A DNA stretch of 64,000 bases, from the NCBI RefSeq assembly GCF_009914755.1, contig NC_060925.1; one strand, given 5' to 3'. Below, piece after piece: positions 11,919 to 24,899 of this stretch. Within the stretch, counting starts at the first letter, position 1, and every line of letters starts with the position of its first letter. The stretch is from the human T2T-CHM13v2.0 reference genome, Homo sapiens. Both the position numbers and the translations under genes were made by a program. The notes below the pieces were generated by a model. That model made no database searches, was not told the origin of the DNA, and saw only the letters and a list, made by a program, of their open reading frames with translations.

Positions 11919-14011
11919 TGATATGGTTTGGCTGTGTCCCCACCCAAATCTCATCTTGAATTGTAGTTCCCATAATCCCCACATGTCGTGGGAGGGACCT
12001 ACTAGGAGATAATTGAATCATGGGGATGGTTACCTCCATGCTGTTCTTATGATAGTGAGTGAGTTCTCATGAGATCTGATGGTTTTATAAGGGGCTTCCT
12101 TAACCCTGCTTTGCCCTGCACTTCTCCTTGCTGCCACCATGTGAAGCAGGAGTATTTGCTTCCCCTTCTGCCATGATTGTAAGTTTCCTGAGGCCTTCCC
12201 AGTCATGCTGAACTGTGAGTCAATTAAAACTCTTTCCTTTATAAATTTCCCAGTCTTTGGTAGGTCTTTATTAGTAGTGTGAGAACAGATTAATATAGTA
12301 AATTGGTTCTGCAGAGAGTGTGGCGCTGCTGTAAAGATACCTGAAAATGTGGAAGTGACTTTGGAATTGGGTAACAGGCAGGAAAAGACAGGAAAATGTG
12401 GGAAAGTTTGGAACTTCCTAGAGACTTGTTGAATGGCTTTGATCAAAATGCTGATAGTGATATGGACAATGAAGTCCAGGCTGAGGTAGTCTCAGGTGGA
12501 GGTGAGGAATTTGTTGGGAACTGGAGTAAAGTTCACTCTTGCTATGCAAATAGGCTGGTGGCATTTTGCCCCTGCCTCAGAGATCTATGGAACTTTGAAC
12601 ATGAAAGAGATGATTTAGGGTATTTGGCAGAAGAAATTTCTAAGAGGCAAAGGGTTCAAGAAGAAGGAGAGCATAAAAGTTTGTAGCCTGATGATGTAAT
12701 AGAAAAGAAAAGTCAATTTTCTGGGGGGAAATTCAAGCCTGCTGCAGAAATTTGCATAAGTAAAAAGGAGCCAAATGTTAATCATGAAGACAATAGAGAA
12801 AATGTCTCCAGGGCATGTCAGTGACCTTCACAGCAGCCCCTCCCATCATAGGTCCAAAGGCCCAGGATGGAAAAATGGTTTACTGGGCTGGGCCCAGGGC
12901 CCCCTCTCCTCTATGCAGCCTCAGAACAAAGTGCCTTGCATCCCAGCTGATTCAGCTCCAGCTGTGGCTAAAAGGGGCCAAGGTACAGCTCAGGACATTG
13001 CTTTGGAGGGTGCAAGCCCCAGGCCTTGGTTAGTTACATGTGGTGTTGGGCCTGTGAGTACACAGAAGTCAAGAATTGAGGTTTGAGAACATCCGCCTAG
13101 ATTTCAGAGGATGTATGGAAACACCTGGATGTCTAGGCAGAAGTTTGCTGCAGGGGCAGAGCCTTGATGGAGAACCTCTGCTAGGGCAGTGCAGAAGGGA
13201 AATGTGGGGTCAGAGCCCCCCCAAAGAGTCCCTACTGAGGCACTGCCTAGTGAAGTTGTGAGAAGAGGGCCAGTGTCCTCCAGACACCAGAATGGTAGAT
13301 CCACCCACAGCTCGCACCATGCACCTGGAATAGCCACAGACACTCAATGCCAGCCCATGGAAGCAGTCAGGAAGGAGGCTGTACCCTGCAAGGCCACAGG
13401 GTTGGAGCTGCCCAAGAACTGTGGGAACCTACCTCTTGTATTAGAGTGACCTGGATGTGAGACATGGAGACAAAAGAGATCATTTTGGAGCTTTAAGATT
13501 TGACTGCCCCCACTGGATTTCAGACTTGCGTGGGACTTATAGGCCCCTCATTTTGGCCAATTTCTCCCATTAGGAATGGGTGTATTTACCCAATGCCTGT
13601 ACCCTCATTGTGTCTAGGAAGTAACTAACTTGCTTTTGATTTTACAGGGTCATGGGCAGAAGGGACTTGCTTATTCTCAGTTCCCATAATCCCACATGTT
13701 GTGTGAGGGACCTGGTGGGAGATAATTGAATCATGGGGGCAGTTACCTCCATGCTGTTCTCGTGATAGTGTGTGAATTCTCACAAGATCTAATGGTTTTA
13801 TAAGGGGCTTCCCCTCCTCCCCTTCTCTCTGCAATTCTCCTTGCCATCATCATGTGAAACTGGGTGTGTGTGCTTCCTCTTCTGCCATGATTGTAAGTTT
13901 CCTGAGGCTTTCCTGGCCATGCTGAACAGTGAGTCAATTAAACCTCTTTCCTTTATAAATGATCCAGTCTCAGGTATGTCTTTATTAGCAGTGTGAGAAT
14001 GGACCAATACA
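11919..14011 (+). mobile_element. THE1C/D provirus: 5' LTR 11919-12297, internal region 12298-13680, 5'-truncated 3' LTR 13681-14011
   Basis: TG...CA termini; TSD CCACC (11914-11918) / CCATC (14012-14016); THE1-int homologous to the inverted copy at 163-1746. Confidence 0.93.
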
Positions 14012-14109
14012 CCATCTCTGGGCCTTGGCACCTGCAGTTCCCTTTGCTTGGAAGTCTTCTCTTATAGAGAGCACATGGACAGTGCATCACTTCCTTCATT
14101 TCCTTGATG

Positions 14110-14450
14110 CACTGAGTTATGTCAACCTGGTTAAGATGGGAACTGCATTTTCCATAATTTCTATTCCTATGTCATTCTAGATTACAGCTGGCAAAAAAGG
14201 AACAAGCATGAAATTTGGAAGGCTGGGGTAGGGCAGTAGTCCTTACTCTAAGAAAGTTATTATGGGCAGATGTGGTGATGAACAGACACAGAAGTACCTG
14301 GCAGGTCCCCACTTGGACACATTCTCCTTCCTCTGCTCCCAAATTAATCCTTAGCTATGGCCCTGTAGAGGTGGTAGCTACACAGAAGGAACAGCTTTGC
14401 ATAGAACTTTCCATAAGCTTTCTTCATGATACTCCTTTAGTAGCTACATA
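14110..14450. mobile_element. Old ERVL-class LTR fragment, subfamily uncertain
   Basis: agttatgtcaacctggttaagatgggaactgcattttccataatt...gaaatttggaaggc resembles old ERVL LTR termini (recall only). Confidence 0.5.
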
Positions 14451-14504
14451 TCGTGCCTTCTCAGAGTCTACAAAGAAAGCTTGTGGAAAGTTCTATGCAA
14501 AGCT
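14393..14504. repeat. Inverted repeat, 32-bp arms (31/32 match), 48-bp spacer
   Basis: AGCTTTGCATAGAACTTTCCATAAGCTTTCTT (14393-14424) vs AAGAAAGCTTGTGGAAAGTTCTATGCAAAGCT (14473-14504). Confidence 0.97.
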
Positions 14505-14640
14505 CTGTGCCTGTTTTTTGCTCTGGAAAATGGAGTGACATTAATAGTCACTACATCATAGGGTTTACATGGCTTAACACAACAAAAGTGCTTAGGACAA
14601 TGCCTGGCACATGGGAAATGTACAGTGTGTGTTAGGTTTC
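14503..14640 (+). mobile_element. MIR fragment
   Basis: ctctgtgcctgttttttgctctggaaaatggag...catagggtt...gtgcttaggacaatgcctggcacatg. Confidence 0.75.
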
Positions 14641-15049
14641 ACTATTGCAGTCACACTATGCAGCTTCTTATTGTTTGGGTTTAGGAAACTGAATTTAATG
14701 ATGAAAGCAGGAACCCTCTCATGTTGAGCAGTGGAGTGACAGGAGCACTTTGGTTTTAGGATGATTAACCTGCCAGCTTGTTTTGAATGTAATCAGAGAC
14801 CACACAACTGAAAGCAGGAGGCTTTAGTGGATGCCCAGGTGTGAAGTATCTAACATATCTCTCTGTCATAGGTACAGCCAACTAATACCAAAGTTCCCCT
14901 AAGGATCAACAGACCGCTGAAAAGAAGTTCTTTGGCACTGCCTGCCTGGCCTCTGTCCCCAGGGATATTGCTATCAGACAATGATAGCCTGATGGTTTAG
15001 GGACTTAAAACTAGAAGGAAACCTGCCATTTACATTATTTAGTAATTTG

Positions 15050-15415
15050 GCATAGTCAAAGGAACATAGGCTTAGACTTTTAGATTGGCATTTGTCTCCT
15101 GGCTTTGGTGAACCTTGGTGAGTTTCTTTACCTCTCTGAGCTTTAGGAGGTTTACATCTATAAAACAGGGAGAATATATCTACCCCATAGTACTTTTTAA
15201 GAATTAATGAAATTAATGTTCCACTGTCCCAGGTACAGTACGAGGCTCTAAGTAGGCCTTCAGTAAATAGTGTTTTGAAGTGGATAATAGTGTGATATGT
15301 TTATCATAATAATTATAATTAGGTAGGTTGTTGTAAGGAGTAAAAGAGATGAGGTATGTAAATCACTCTGCATGGTATTTGATATTCAGTAGGTCTTATA
15401 AATGCTAGTTTACAT
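15050..15415 (+). mobile_element. MIR fragments
   Basis: ttacctctctgagcttt...catctataaaacaggg...ctaccccatag, plus a second 3' piece ggttgttgtaaggagtaaaagagatgaggtatgtaaatcac. Confidence 0.65.
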
Positions 15416-15566
15416 CTGTCCTTCCCCTCATTGAGCTGTTTTTCTTTTCTGTGGGGTCTATGTGGTTGCCAATGATAGGCAAGGCTTATATACCCCATCT
15501 CTAGCTCATGGTCCAACAGCAAAGTGTGAGGTCTTAGCTTCTTGATTCTCAGCTGCCCAGGACAAC

Positions 15567-15923
15567 TGTCTTAGTCAGTTTGGACTGCTTTAACTAATTA
15601 CTATAGGCTGGCTGGCTTAAGCAACAAACATTTATTTCTTACAGTTCTGGAGGATGAGAAGTCCAGGATCAAGGTGGCAGCAGGTCCAATGTCTGGTGAG
15701 GGCCCACTCCCTGGTTTGCAGACGGCTGACTTCTCACTGTGTCCTCACGTGGTGGAAGGCATAAGCTAGCTCTCAAGTCTTTTCTCAGAAGGGCACTAAT
15801 AACATTCATGAGGGCTCCACCCTTATGACCTAATCACCTCTCAAAAGTCCCATCTCCAAATACCATCCCACTGAGGATTAGATTTCAACATAGGAATTTA
15901 GGGAGACAAGTCAAGCTATAGCA
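15567..15923 (-). mobile_element. MLT1A-type solo LTR
   Basis: tgtcttagtcagtttggactgc...catttatttcttacagttctggagg...cattcatgagggctccacccttatgacctaatcacctc...tatagca; TSD ACAAC/ATGAC (plausible CpG decay of ACGAC). Confidence 0.88.
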
Positions 15924-16554
15924 ATGACTTTCCCTGAGGCAGTTTGGAAAGACCCTTTGCGCTGTGGACTGACTAGCCAGCAGCACTTCTCTTATCTTTC
16001 AGTGACTTGCATGTTAGCAGCTGCAGTTTCTCATGGACGCAAGCCCTGTGTGATCTCAGCTGGACACGTCACCCGGACCATTTCCCTGGCCCATGTTGGG
16101 ACTGTTGAGACAGTCAAGCTGCACTCTGTGCAGATTCTTTGCCAAAGCTCAGAAGCAGCTGCCTATAACTCAGATTATCATTGGGCTTTGAGAGTAAAGT
16201 ATGTGTTCTATACAAACACAAGAACTGGTTTTAAGTACTTCTTTTGTCCTTTGTGTGTGGCTTTATATTTTTAAAAGTTCCATCCCATTGATTATCATCT
16301 TTGTAAATAGATTTATTATCTAAGGTTGCTAAATCAATACCCAGACTTGAATACATGGTTGTGAGTTAACATATCTGGTCCCCTAAAAAAATCTTTCAAA
16401 TGATTTAGACTGAGAAGTTAATTAAAATCAATTGGGGGCACTGATAACACAGGCTTTTAATGTTTTGTTTTTAGAAGCAACCAGGGGGATTAGTACAAGA
16501 AGAAGTGCTCAGAGCACTACACAGGTTAGCCTTCAAAGGAAAAGGGTTGCTATG

Positions 16555-16830
16555 TTTAGTCTTTCATTTGACAATTATCTATTCAGTAACTCTAATGTGC
16601 CAGACATTCTTCTAGGTGCTAAAGATAAGATAGGGACACCAACAAATAGAATTTCTTACCTTCATGAAACTTACATCCTAGTGGGGGAGATAGAAATGTA
16701 ACAAATCAAAAAAATGAAATATATAATGTGTTAGGTAATAGTAAGTATTAAGGGACAGAATTAATCAGAAAGGGGAGTATACATCATTGGGGTTGGCACT
16801 GTGAGTGCATTAAGGGTGGCCTTGGAGGTG
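16555..16830 (-). mobile_element. L2 3' end
   Basis: tcatttgacaattatctattcagtaactctaatgtgccagacattcttctaggtgct...catgaaacttacatcctagtggggg. Confidence 0.75.
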
Positions 16831-16917
16831 GTAAGAGGGTTGAAATTACTGAGCACTCTATTGGACACTGGGGATATGTGGAGGAGGAATAAGGCAAAGT
16901 CACTGCCCTCATGGGAG

Positions 16918-17755
16918 TGTGGCAGGAGCTGTAAGCTTTCCACCAAAATTTGTTCTCTCCTCTGGTAATAAGATCATAGCTGGAACAGATGTGACTTCCA
17001 AACCAGGGTCTACATTTCCCAGCCCCATCTTGGCATTATATGTGGCCATGAGAATAAGTTCTCTCTAGTGGAGTATGAGTAGAAGTGACATGGGTCCTAC
17101 CAGGAAGGTGTTAAGATGGCATATGTGCCTCCTTCATGCCTGAATGTTGTCAAAATCAAAACTGAGTCACTAGTGTTATAAAAAATCCCTGACAAATAGA
17201 GCCGGAAAAGGCTATAGAGTTCTTATGCTTGTATGCTTAATAACAAAACTATCTCAGACTCTACAGAAACTGCAACTTTACACAAAGGCCATCACAGCCT
17301 TACATAAAAAATGCTTCTGCGAGGACATCTGCCCAACAACTGTCTGTCCAGACTTGGACTGGCATCACCCTTATTATTGATCTTTGTAGCCGAAGATAAT
17401 GATGTGTAATCCTCCTCATTTTTCCTTTGGAAACCTTAGTCTTTTTTTACCTCCATGAATATGCACATAGTTTACTATGGCATGCATATTCCTGTTGCAA
17501 TGCCATGCTCCTGAATGAATAAATATCTTTTTTTTTTTTTTTTTAAATAGGAGTACCTCTCTCTCTTTCTCATTATTTAGTTTGACAATGTGCTCTTCCT
17601 CCTGAGTCCTTGACTGACCACATGGAGGAGAGCTGCCCCCTGACCTGGAATACCCACTCTAGACTGTTAAATAAGAGAGAAATAAACTTCTAATTTGTTA
17701 GTGGTATTGTACTTTTGGGGGTCTAGTTGCTATCACAGTTTAACCTTAACTAATT
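16918..17755 (+). mobile_element. MLT1J-like LTR interrupted by an ERV1 LTR
   Basis: tgtggcagg...ctacatttcccagcc...gtagaagtgacatg before the insert; ggagagctgccccc...gagagaaataaacttc...taactaat after it. Confidence 0.7.
17148..17587 (+). mobile_element. ERV1 solo LTR (LTR54-like)
   Basis: Inverted termini TGTCAAA...TTTGACA; 4-bp TSD ATGT (17144-17147, 17588-17591); AATAAA near the 3' end. Confidence 0.8.
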
Positions 17756-18574
17756 TATGGACCACTAATGTAACATATCTTTAAGACTAAATACCACTTA
17801 TTTATTTTCATGGTTGATTGCTATATTTTAGTCACATGGAAAGAAACAGCTATGGTAGCAGAGGAAAGGAATGTTTAATTCTGTCAGCAGTGGGTAGGTT
17901 AGGGTCAAGTTGGGAAAACCATGACAAAAAAAGATGATATTTGAGTTGAGTCTTGAAGAATGAATGAGTATTCACTTTGGGGAAGAAAAGGGGAAAGGGC
18001 ACTTCAAATCTAAGTCACAGCATGAATAAAAGCTTTCATGGAGGCATGAAAGTCCAGATTTTGTGTTACCTGTTTTTTTAAATTCCCTGTAATCAGAAAG
18101 AAAGGAAAGAAAATGTCATAGTCCTAACCTATTGTATCTCACTATTTGATTGCAAATTTTTGAATGCAGAAAATAAGATGTAGTAAAATAAAACACTGTA
18201 TATGTTAGAAAGCTAAACATAGCTGTTGTATTGTTTCCAAAGATTTCAAAGATGACTTTCACAAGGTTGTGAAGAACGTTTTATTCTATTCCAAATGTCT
18301 GAGTTTTCTTAGGTATGGGGGCTTTAGGTAGTAGGCTAAACTGCAAAGCTTCTTCTCTGAAACCTGAATGCTATCATGGTTTCTAAAAAATAGATACCTG
18401 CAATTGCAAAGATCCAATGAACATGGCTGATAGGATTACTTTTCCAGTATAGCCACAAAGGACTGTGACTTTTCTCTAGTTATCAGACAGTGCAAAATTC
18501 TATTAGTACATGAGTTAGAAATAGATTTCTAACATATTTAATCCCCTCTGCTGTTTCTTTTTTGTTTGAAACTA

Positions 18575-18770
18575 CCATTCACTACACTCTATTATTGAAC
18601 TATGTGTCCAGCACTGTGCTAAGAGTTTCACATACCTTAAGCCAGATTATTGTGTATCCCTGTTCTACAGATGAGAAAACGAAGGCACAGAGGGTAAGTA
18701 CTTGTTCAAGGTTATATGATTATTGAATCCCATAGTAGGGGTTTGAGGAGGTCTGTTTGATCCCAAAACT
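18575..18770 (-). mobile_element. MIR
   Basis: gcactgtgctaagagtttcaca...ctacagatgagaaaacgaaggcacagagggtaagtacttgttcaaggtta. Confidence 0.8.
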
Positions 18771-19309
18771 CATTTTATTAACAAAGAAATTCCTTCTTTG
18801 CTTCCCTTTAGCATTTATTTTTGATTGCCATGGTATATATTTTTAAGGCTTGTTCAGGTTTTGGAGATATCAGACTTTTATTTTTTGAATTATGTGTTTA
18901 ATCATCGTGTTTTCAAAACATCCATCAACAACAAGAATCCTTTCTCAATTCTGCCCTCTGGGTCCATGCTGACTTTTCATTGAGCCATGACTTGAATATA
19001 ACAATGTGTCTCAAGTATTTCACAACACAGGGCAATTTCCTTTGGCCAAAAATTACCTTGCTGGGACACAGGATACCCAGATTATGCAAGATTTCAAGGC
19101 ATCCATATATCAGCATAAATCATCCTTAAATCTCTGGGTAAAACAAGGTCACCTCAGTCTTAATTCTTTTTCTAATTTTTGGGTTGACTGGTTAAGCCTT
19201 GATATTCATTGTCAGGAAATTAGTGGGTTTCTTGAGAGAAATGCTTTATTAGTTTCTGTTATGTATCAATGCTGGAGAAACAATAAGGGGGGGCTAACAG
19301 AAACTCAAA

Positions 19310-19500
19310 GTGAGCCATGTGTCAGGTAACATGTTTATGCTCTTGTATATAATCATCGCCACAAGCCTGCAAGAAAAATACTATTATTTCAGTTTTTACC
19401 AGTGAGGACCATGAGACTCAGCTTTGCCCAAGGTTACCCAGTTAGTAAATGGTAATTCCGCAATTCAAACTGAAGCCCATTCGATTCCATCCAATATCTT
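19310..19500 (-). mobile_element. MIR
   Basis: ttttaccagtgaggaccatgagactcagctttgcccaaggttacccagttagtaaatgg. Confidence 0.7.
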
Positions 19501-20861
19501 TTCACGGCATGATGCTTGAGTGATTAAAGTGAAGTGTTCTATTTAAACCAATTATTCTAGACTAGTGTTTTCCAAACTCTGTGGTCATGAAATCAATTTT
19601 ATGGATTGCTATTGGCATTAAAAATAGTAGAGTAAAAAATATTAGAGTGTATTCCATAAAGAATGAACAAACATTTTGTAAAACTTTTGTTTTAGTTCTA
19701 CAGACAAACGTGTATTCAGTTGTGTCTAAGGAAGCGTGACCTGGCTTGCTTTGTATGATGTAGCTGCAGCCAAGGATCCTCTATTCTGCTTCTCTTTCTT
19801 TTGCCGTAGCCCACACACTAGACATTCTGTAGACCCCTAGACTTCACAGGTTGAAACCAACCTTCCCTCGTGCTTTTGCAGTCTGACTTCTCTTCCTGTG
19901 TTCTGTGTTCCAGGTAGGAGTGTCAAGATCCATCACATTATGATCATCCTTAACAACTCCCTCTTTCTTAGCTGTTGCATCTAATCTACTTGTCAGATCT
20001 TTCAGATTTACTTAGGAAATAAATCTCAAAACTGTCCCTTCCACTCCGTCACTCCCTGTTGTTGGAGGCAAGAATGCAGTTTTATCCAAACCCTTTCTCC
20101 TGAGCAACTAGACACCTGCAACCCTTCCTTCATCTTTCCCTCTTCAACCTATTTTTAACAGTGCTGCCAGGGTCTATGCCTTGGATGTTCATGTGTTATT
20201 GAAGAATTTACACATTCATACCCTCATTGAATCTATATTGGGCAGATGGCAAATCTGAGCACATTGCCCCTGCTGAGAACGCTTCCGTAGATCTTATTTA
20301 GAGCAGAGGGCTCTACAGAGGGGTGTGTGTTTTTCAGGAGGTGCTCAAGACAATTCTTTGGTGTATAGGAAGAAAACATTACTTCTCATATTTCATCTAT
20401 AGGTAGAGAAATATTTGAATGTAATTTATAAAAATTTAAATATACACTTAAGATTTAAATATACTCATTTCTATTCTCTTTATGAGAAAAACTGCGAAAT
20501 AGAAAATGTTTGGCCACTGTAGTATATATAGACTAGCGGTACCTTAGCTTTTCATATAAAGCCCTTTATAATCTGGTGCCAATTTTGTTTTCCAAGTTCA
20601 TGTCTGGTTGTTTCCTACTCCTTTCTTCCTCCATTCATACTCTCTGCTTCAGCTGTACTAAGCTAAAATGTTTTTTAGATTTCAAGATGTATATTTTTTC
20701 ATACTTTAACATTTCCGGGATGCATTTTGTAGTTATTGTTAAGATAAATTTGCCAGTGGCCAGTTAGGGGAGTAAGTTGTGATAAAGTGGCCCTTTAATC
20801 TATGTGTACATATATGAATGTGTGTGTATGTGCGTGTGTGTATGTGGCCTCAAAATCAATT

Positions 20862-21235
20862 ACTGTCACAAACAATGTTGTGGTCAACAACAGACCACAT
20901 ATACAAAGGTGGTCCTATAAGATCACAATGGCACTGAAAAATTCCTATTGCCTAGTGATGTGGTAGCCATCACAGTGCAATGCATTACCTTTTCTGTTTA
21001 GATATGTTTGGACACACAAATACTTACCATTGTGCTACAATTGCCTACAGTATTCAGACCAGTAACATGCTGTACAGGTTTATAGCCTAGGAGCAATAGG
21101 CCATGCCACATAGCCTAGATGTGCAGTAGGCTGTACTTTATAGGTTTGTGTAAATGCACTAATATTTGCACAATGATGAAATCACCTAAGGATGCATTTC
21201 TCAGAAGGTATCCCCATTATAATGCTATGACCTAC
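20862..21235. mobile_element. TcMar-Tigger non-autonomous element (MER47/Tigger3-type)
   Basis: ggtcaacaacagaccacatatacaaaggtggtcctataag...acacaaatacttaccattgtg...agcctaggagcaataggc...gcatttctcagaaggtatcccc. Confidence 0.85.
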
Positions 21236-21619
21236 ACTGATAGATTTGGGTGTCATGCCAGTGCCAAATTCTTATTTAACAAAGGCTTCTAGTCAACCCT
21301 TTTAGGTGTGTTTCAAAGAAATTTTCAATGTAGTGGTACATAAAATAAAGAGTAAAATATTAAAAATGCTAGCAGTAGTTACCTATGGATAGTAGAATTA
21401 GAAGTGATATTTTTATATAGACCTATATTCAGATTTTGTATGGTGCTTATACAAAAAAGTACTTTTTGTTGAGACATATTTCATTCATAGAAATGACTGT
21501 ATTATGTATATATCAGGTATAAAGAAAAATAAATCCTCATGTGATTGCTCCTTACTTTTAGAAACAGAAATTCTTTTGAAGCCCCCAGTATGCTTCTCCT
21601 CTACTGTATTCTTCTCTTC

Positions 21620-21850
21620 TCTCTCAAAGGTCACCATATTCAATTACCCAGAATTTATGTTTATCATTATGTTGCTTTTCATTATGTCTTAATAAGATAT
21701 CTTAATTTTATATTGATATAATTAATTAGATATTAATAATTAGATATTAAGATGTATAATATCTTAGTTATATCTTAACAAGGTATAATGAAAAGCAACA
21801 TAATGATAAACATAAATTCTGGGTAGTTGAATATGGTTACCATTGGGAGA
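21620..21850. repeat. Inverted repeat, 81-bp arms (73/81, 41-bp perfect core), 69-bp AT-rich spacer
   Basis: 21620-21700 is the reverse complement of 21770-21850 with 8 mismatches. Confidence 0.97.
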
Positions 21851-22159
21851 ACCATTTATTAAGTAGGCCATCTTTCCTACATTTGTATGCACCCAATATA
21901 TTGTGAACATTTATATACTGGGCCCATAATAAAGGTGTCATATTGTGTATATTATCTTGAGACTTGTTTTTCCTATTGAGTATTATGTTTTTGAGATTTA
22001 TCTACATGGATACATGAAGCCATAGTTCATTCATTTTCACTGCTGCACAGTGTTTTATAGCATCAATTCCTACTCTATCCATTTCCTGTGACAAACATTT
22101 GTACTATTTCTGATATTTTAAAATTATAAACAATGCTGTCCTGAATCTTCTTAGGAACA

Positions 22160-22882
22160 TCTCTTGCCACAAAAGTTTAATAATTTCTAATACCTTGTTC
22201 CTTATTTCCATCTGAGATCTCATCAAAATGGTCTTTACTATCTGTACTTTTATCAGCATTCTGGTTATGAGCACTTAAGTAATCTCTCAAAAAATTCAAG
22301 CTTTCCCTGCAGACTTTTTCTGAGCCTTCACCAGAATTGCCCTTAATATTCATCAGTTCATGGCAATACAGGCTATTTCTAGCCTGTCCTTCCAAATTAT
22401 TCCATCCACTACCCATTACCCAGTTCCAAAGCTGCTTCCACATTTTCAGCTATTTGTTGTAGCAACAAAGCCACTCCTGGTACCAATTTCCAGTCTTAGT
22501 CCATTTTTGGCTGCTATAATATAATATCATAGACTAGGTAGTTTATAAAAAACAGAGATCAATTTTCTACAGTTCTGGAGGCTGGAATGTCCAAGGCTGA
22601 AGGACTACATCTGGTGAGGGCCTTTTTGCTGCGTCAAACATGATGGAAAAGCAGGTGGGCATACGAGACAAGAGAGAAAGGCACTAGCAACCAAACTCAC
22701 TTTACAGCAACCCACTCTTGTTATAACTAACCTGCTCCTGTGATAATAATATTAATTCATTCATGAGGGTGCTGCCATCATGACCCAATCACCTCTTATT
22801 AGGTCCCACCTCCCAACACTGTTGCATTGGGGATTAAGTTTCCAACACAGGAACTTCTAGGGAAAGCATTCAAACCACAGCA
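22160..22882 (-). mobile_element. MSTC-like LTR (22492-22882) with adjoining internal fragment (22160-22491)
   Basis: cccattacccagttccaaagctgcttccacatttt...ggtaccaatttc, then gtcttagtcc...acagttctggaggctgg...ccaacactgttgcattggggattaagtttccaacac...aaaccacagca. Confidence 0.85.
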
Positions 22883-24279
22883 TAGACCAAGTTGCAATGT
22901 ATTCAGGATGGTATCTGGGTTCTCTGTTCTGTCATATCAGTCAGTCTATCCTTGCTGTATTACTTCAGTGTGTTAATGCTATATACAGCTTTTTAAGCCA
23001 TCTGATCCAATAAAAATTTATATAATCTAGGTACAAATCTTTTTAAGTTTCATAAAAACTTCCTGTTGGAATTTTGGTTGAAACAATTTGATACTATAGA
23101 TTACATTCAGGAAAATGACATCTCTATGATATTGACTTTTCCTATCCATGAACATAGTAAACATTTACATTTATTAGTTTTTTCTGAATTGTTTTACACT
23201 TTTCTCCCTAGAGGTCTTGTATGTATGTACACACATCTCCCCCCAACATATAATATATACTTTATGCATTTTATGTTTGAATAGATGCTACCTTTTCAAA
23301 GGTTACTTATTTCAAGTGCCTCTTCAATCTTAATTTGTAATTCACTTTTGCATATTGATGTTATATCAATCACTTTAGTCTCTTATTATAATAATTGGCA
23401 TATTTTTTCAGTTTCTGACAATTGAAAATTACCAAATACACTATGAGTTTTCCTTTTCTTATCGTTTTTATTTCTTTTCTTGACTTACTGCATTGGTTAG
23501 GACCAATATTGAATAGGGAATTATTGTTTTGTTCTTTTCTCCTAGCAAATTGTTTCTAACATTTTACCTTTAAGTATACTTTACTATAGATTTCTGATAG
23601 GTAACTTTCATCAGATTAAAAAAGTTTTCCTCTACTCCTAGTTCTATAAGAATTTTAAATTATAAAACTATTCTATTTTATTGAATATTAAAAATATTAT
23701 TGGGGTTGATAACCTCTCTTTATTGTTAGTAAAATGAATTAATTATGTCAATGGGTTTTAGATACCAAGCCAAACTTGCATTCCTGAGATAAATGAAACA
23801 TTATCAAATTGTATTATGTTTTTTATTCATTGCTAGAACCAACTTGAAAAAATTGAGTTTAGAATATTTGAATCTCTGTCCAAGAGTGGCAGTGGTCTGT
23901 AATTTTTATTTTTCATATCATCCATGTCTGGATTTGGCATAAAAAGTGCACTAATCTTATAAAACTAGTTTGAGAGTATCCCTCCATCTGTTCTCTTAAG
24001 GAGTTTATATAAAATTGTAATTATTCCTTGAGAGTTTGGTAGAACTTATTAAAATCATCCATTTAAGCCTGGAGCTTTCATAGCAGCAACAAGATTTAAA
24101 AACAGTGACTCAATTTCTTTAATAGTTATGTAGTGTTTAGGCTTTCTATTTTTTTTTGACTTAGACAAAATGGATGAATCATCAAGAGATATAATAAAAC
24201 TAAGAGAAGGTTAATTTCTAGTATTGCATAAACCAATTAAGGGGAGGAAATCTATGAGTACTATCAAATGGGCAGTGCA

Positions 24280-24608
<329 letters not shown>

Positions 24609-24899
24609 TTAAGATACTTCTAAAATTTATACTGTCAATCCTAAAGGTATAAATGAGGTCAAGATGTTGAGCATATTTTACAAAAAATCATGAGTCATTC
24701 TTATGCTTTGCATAACTTCTAATGTCTAAAAATGATTCATAAGAATCTTCGGGTTGAACATAGAACACTTTGTGACATAAAAGAAGAAAATAGTCTGTAT
24801 GGGTGGGGACAAGTATATGCTATGATGAGTAGATAATTTTTTAGTGATATGACTGGCAATGAATGAACTCTTAGAATCAAGGGAATGTAGTCCTCGTTA

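Larger units (their letters stand above)
21460..24150 (-). mobile_element. Ancient L1M fragments, interrupted by an MST element
   Basis: T-rich antisense L1 motifs: ttgagatttatctacatgg, atattgacttttcctatccatgaacat, aacttgcattcctgagataaa, gtttggtagaactt. Confidence 0.7.
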
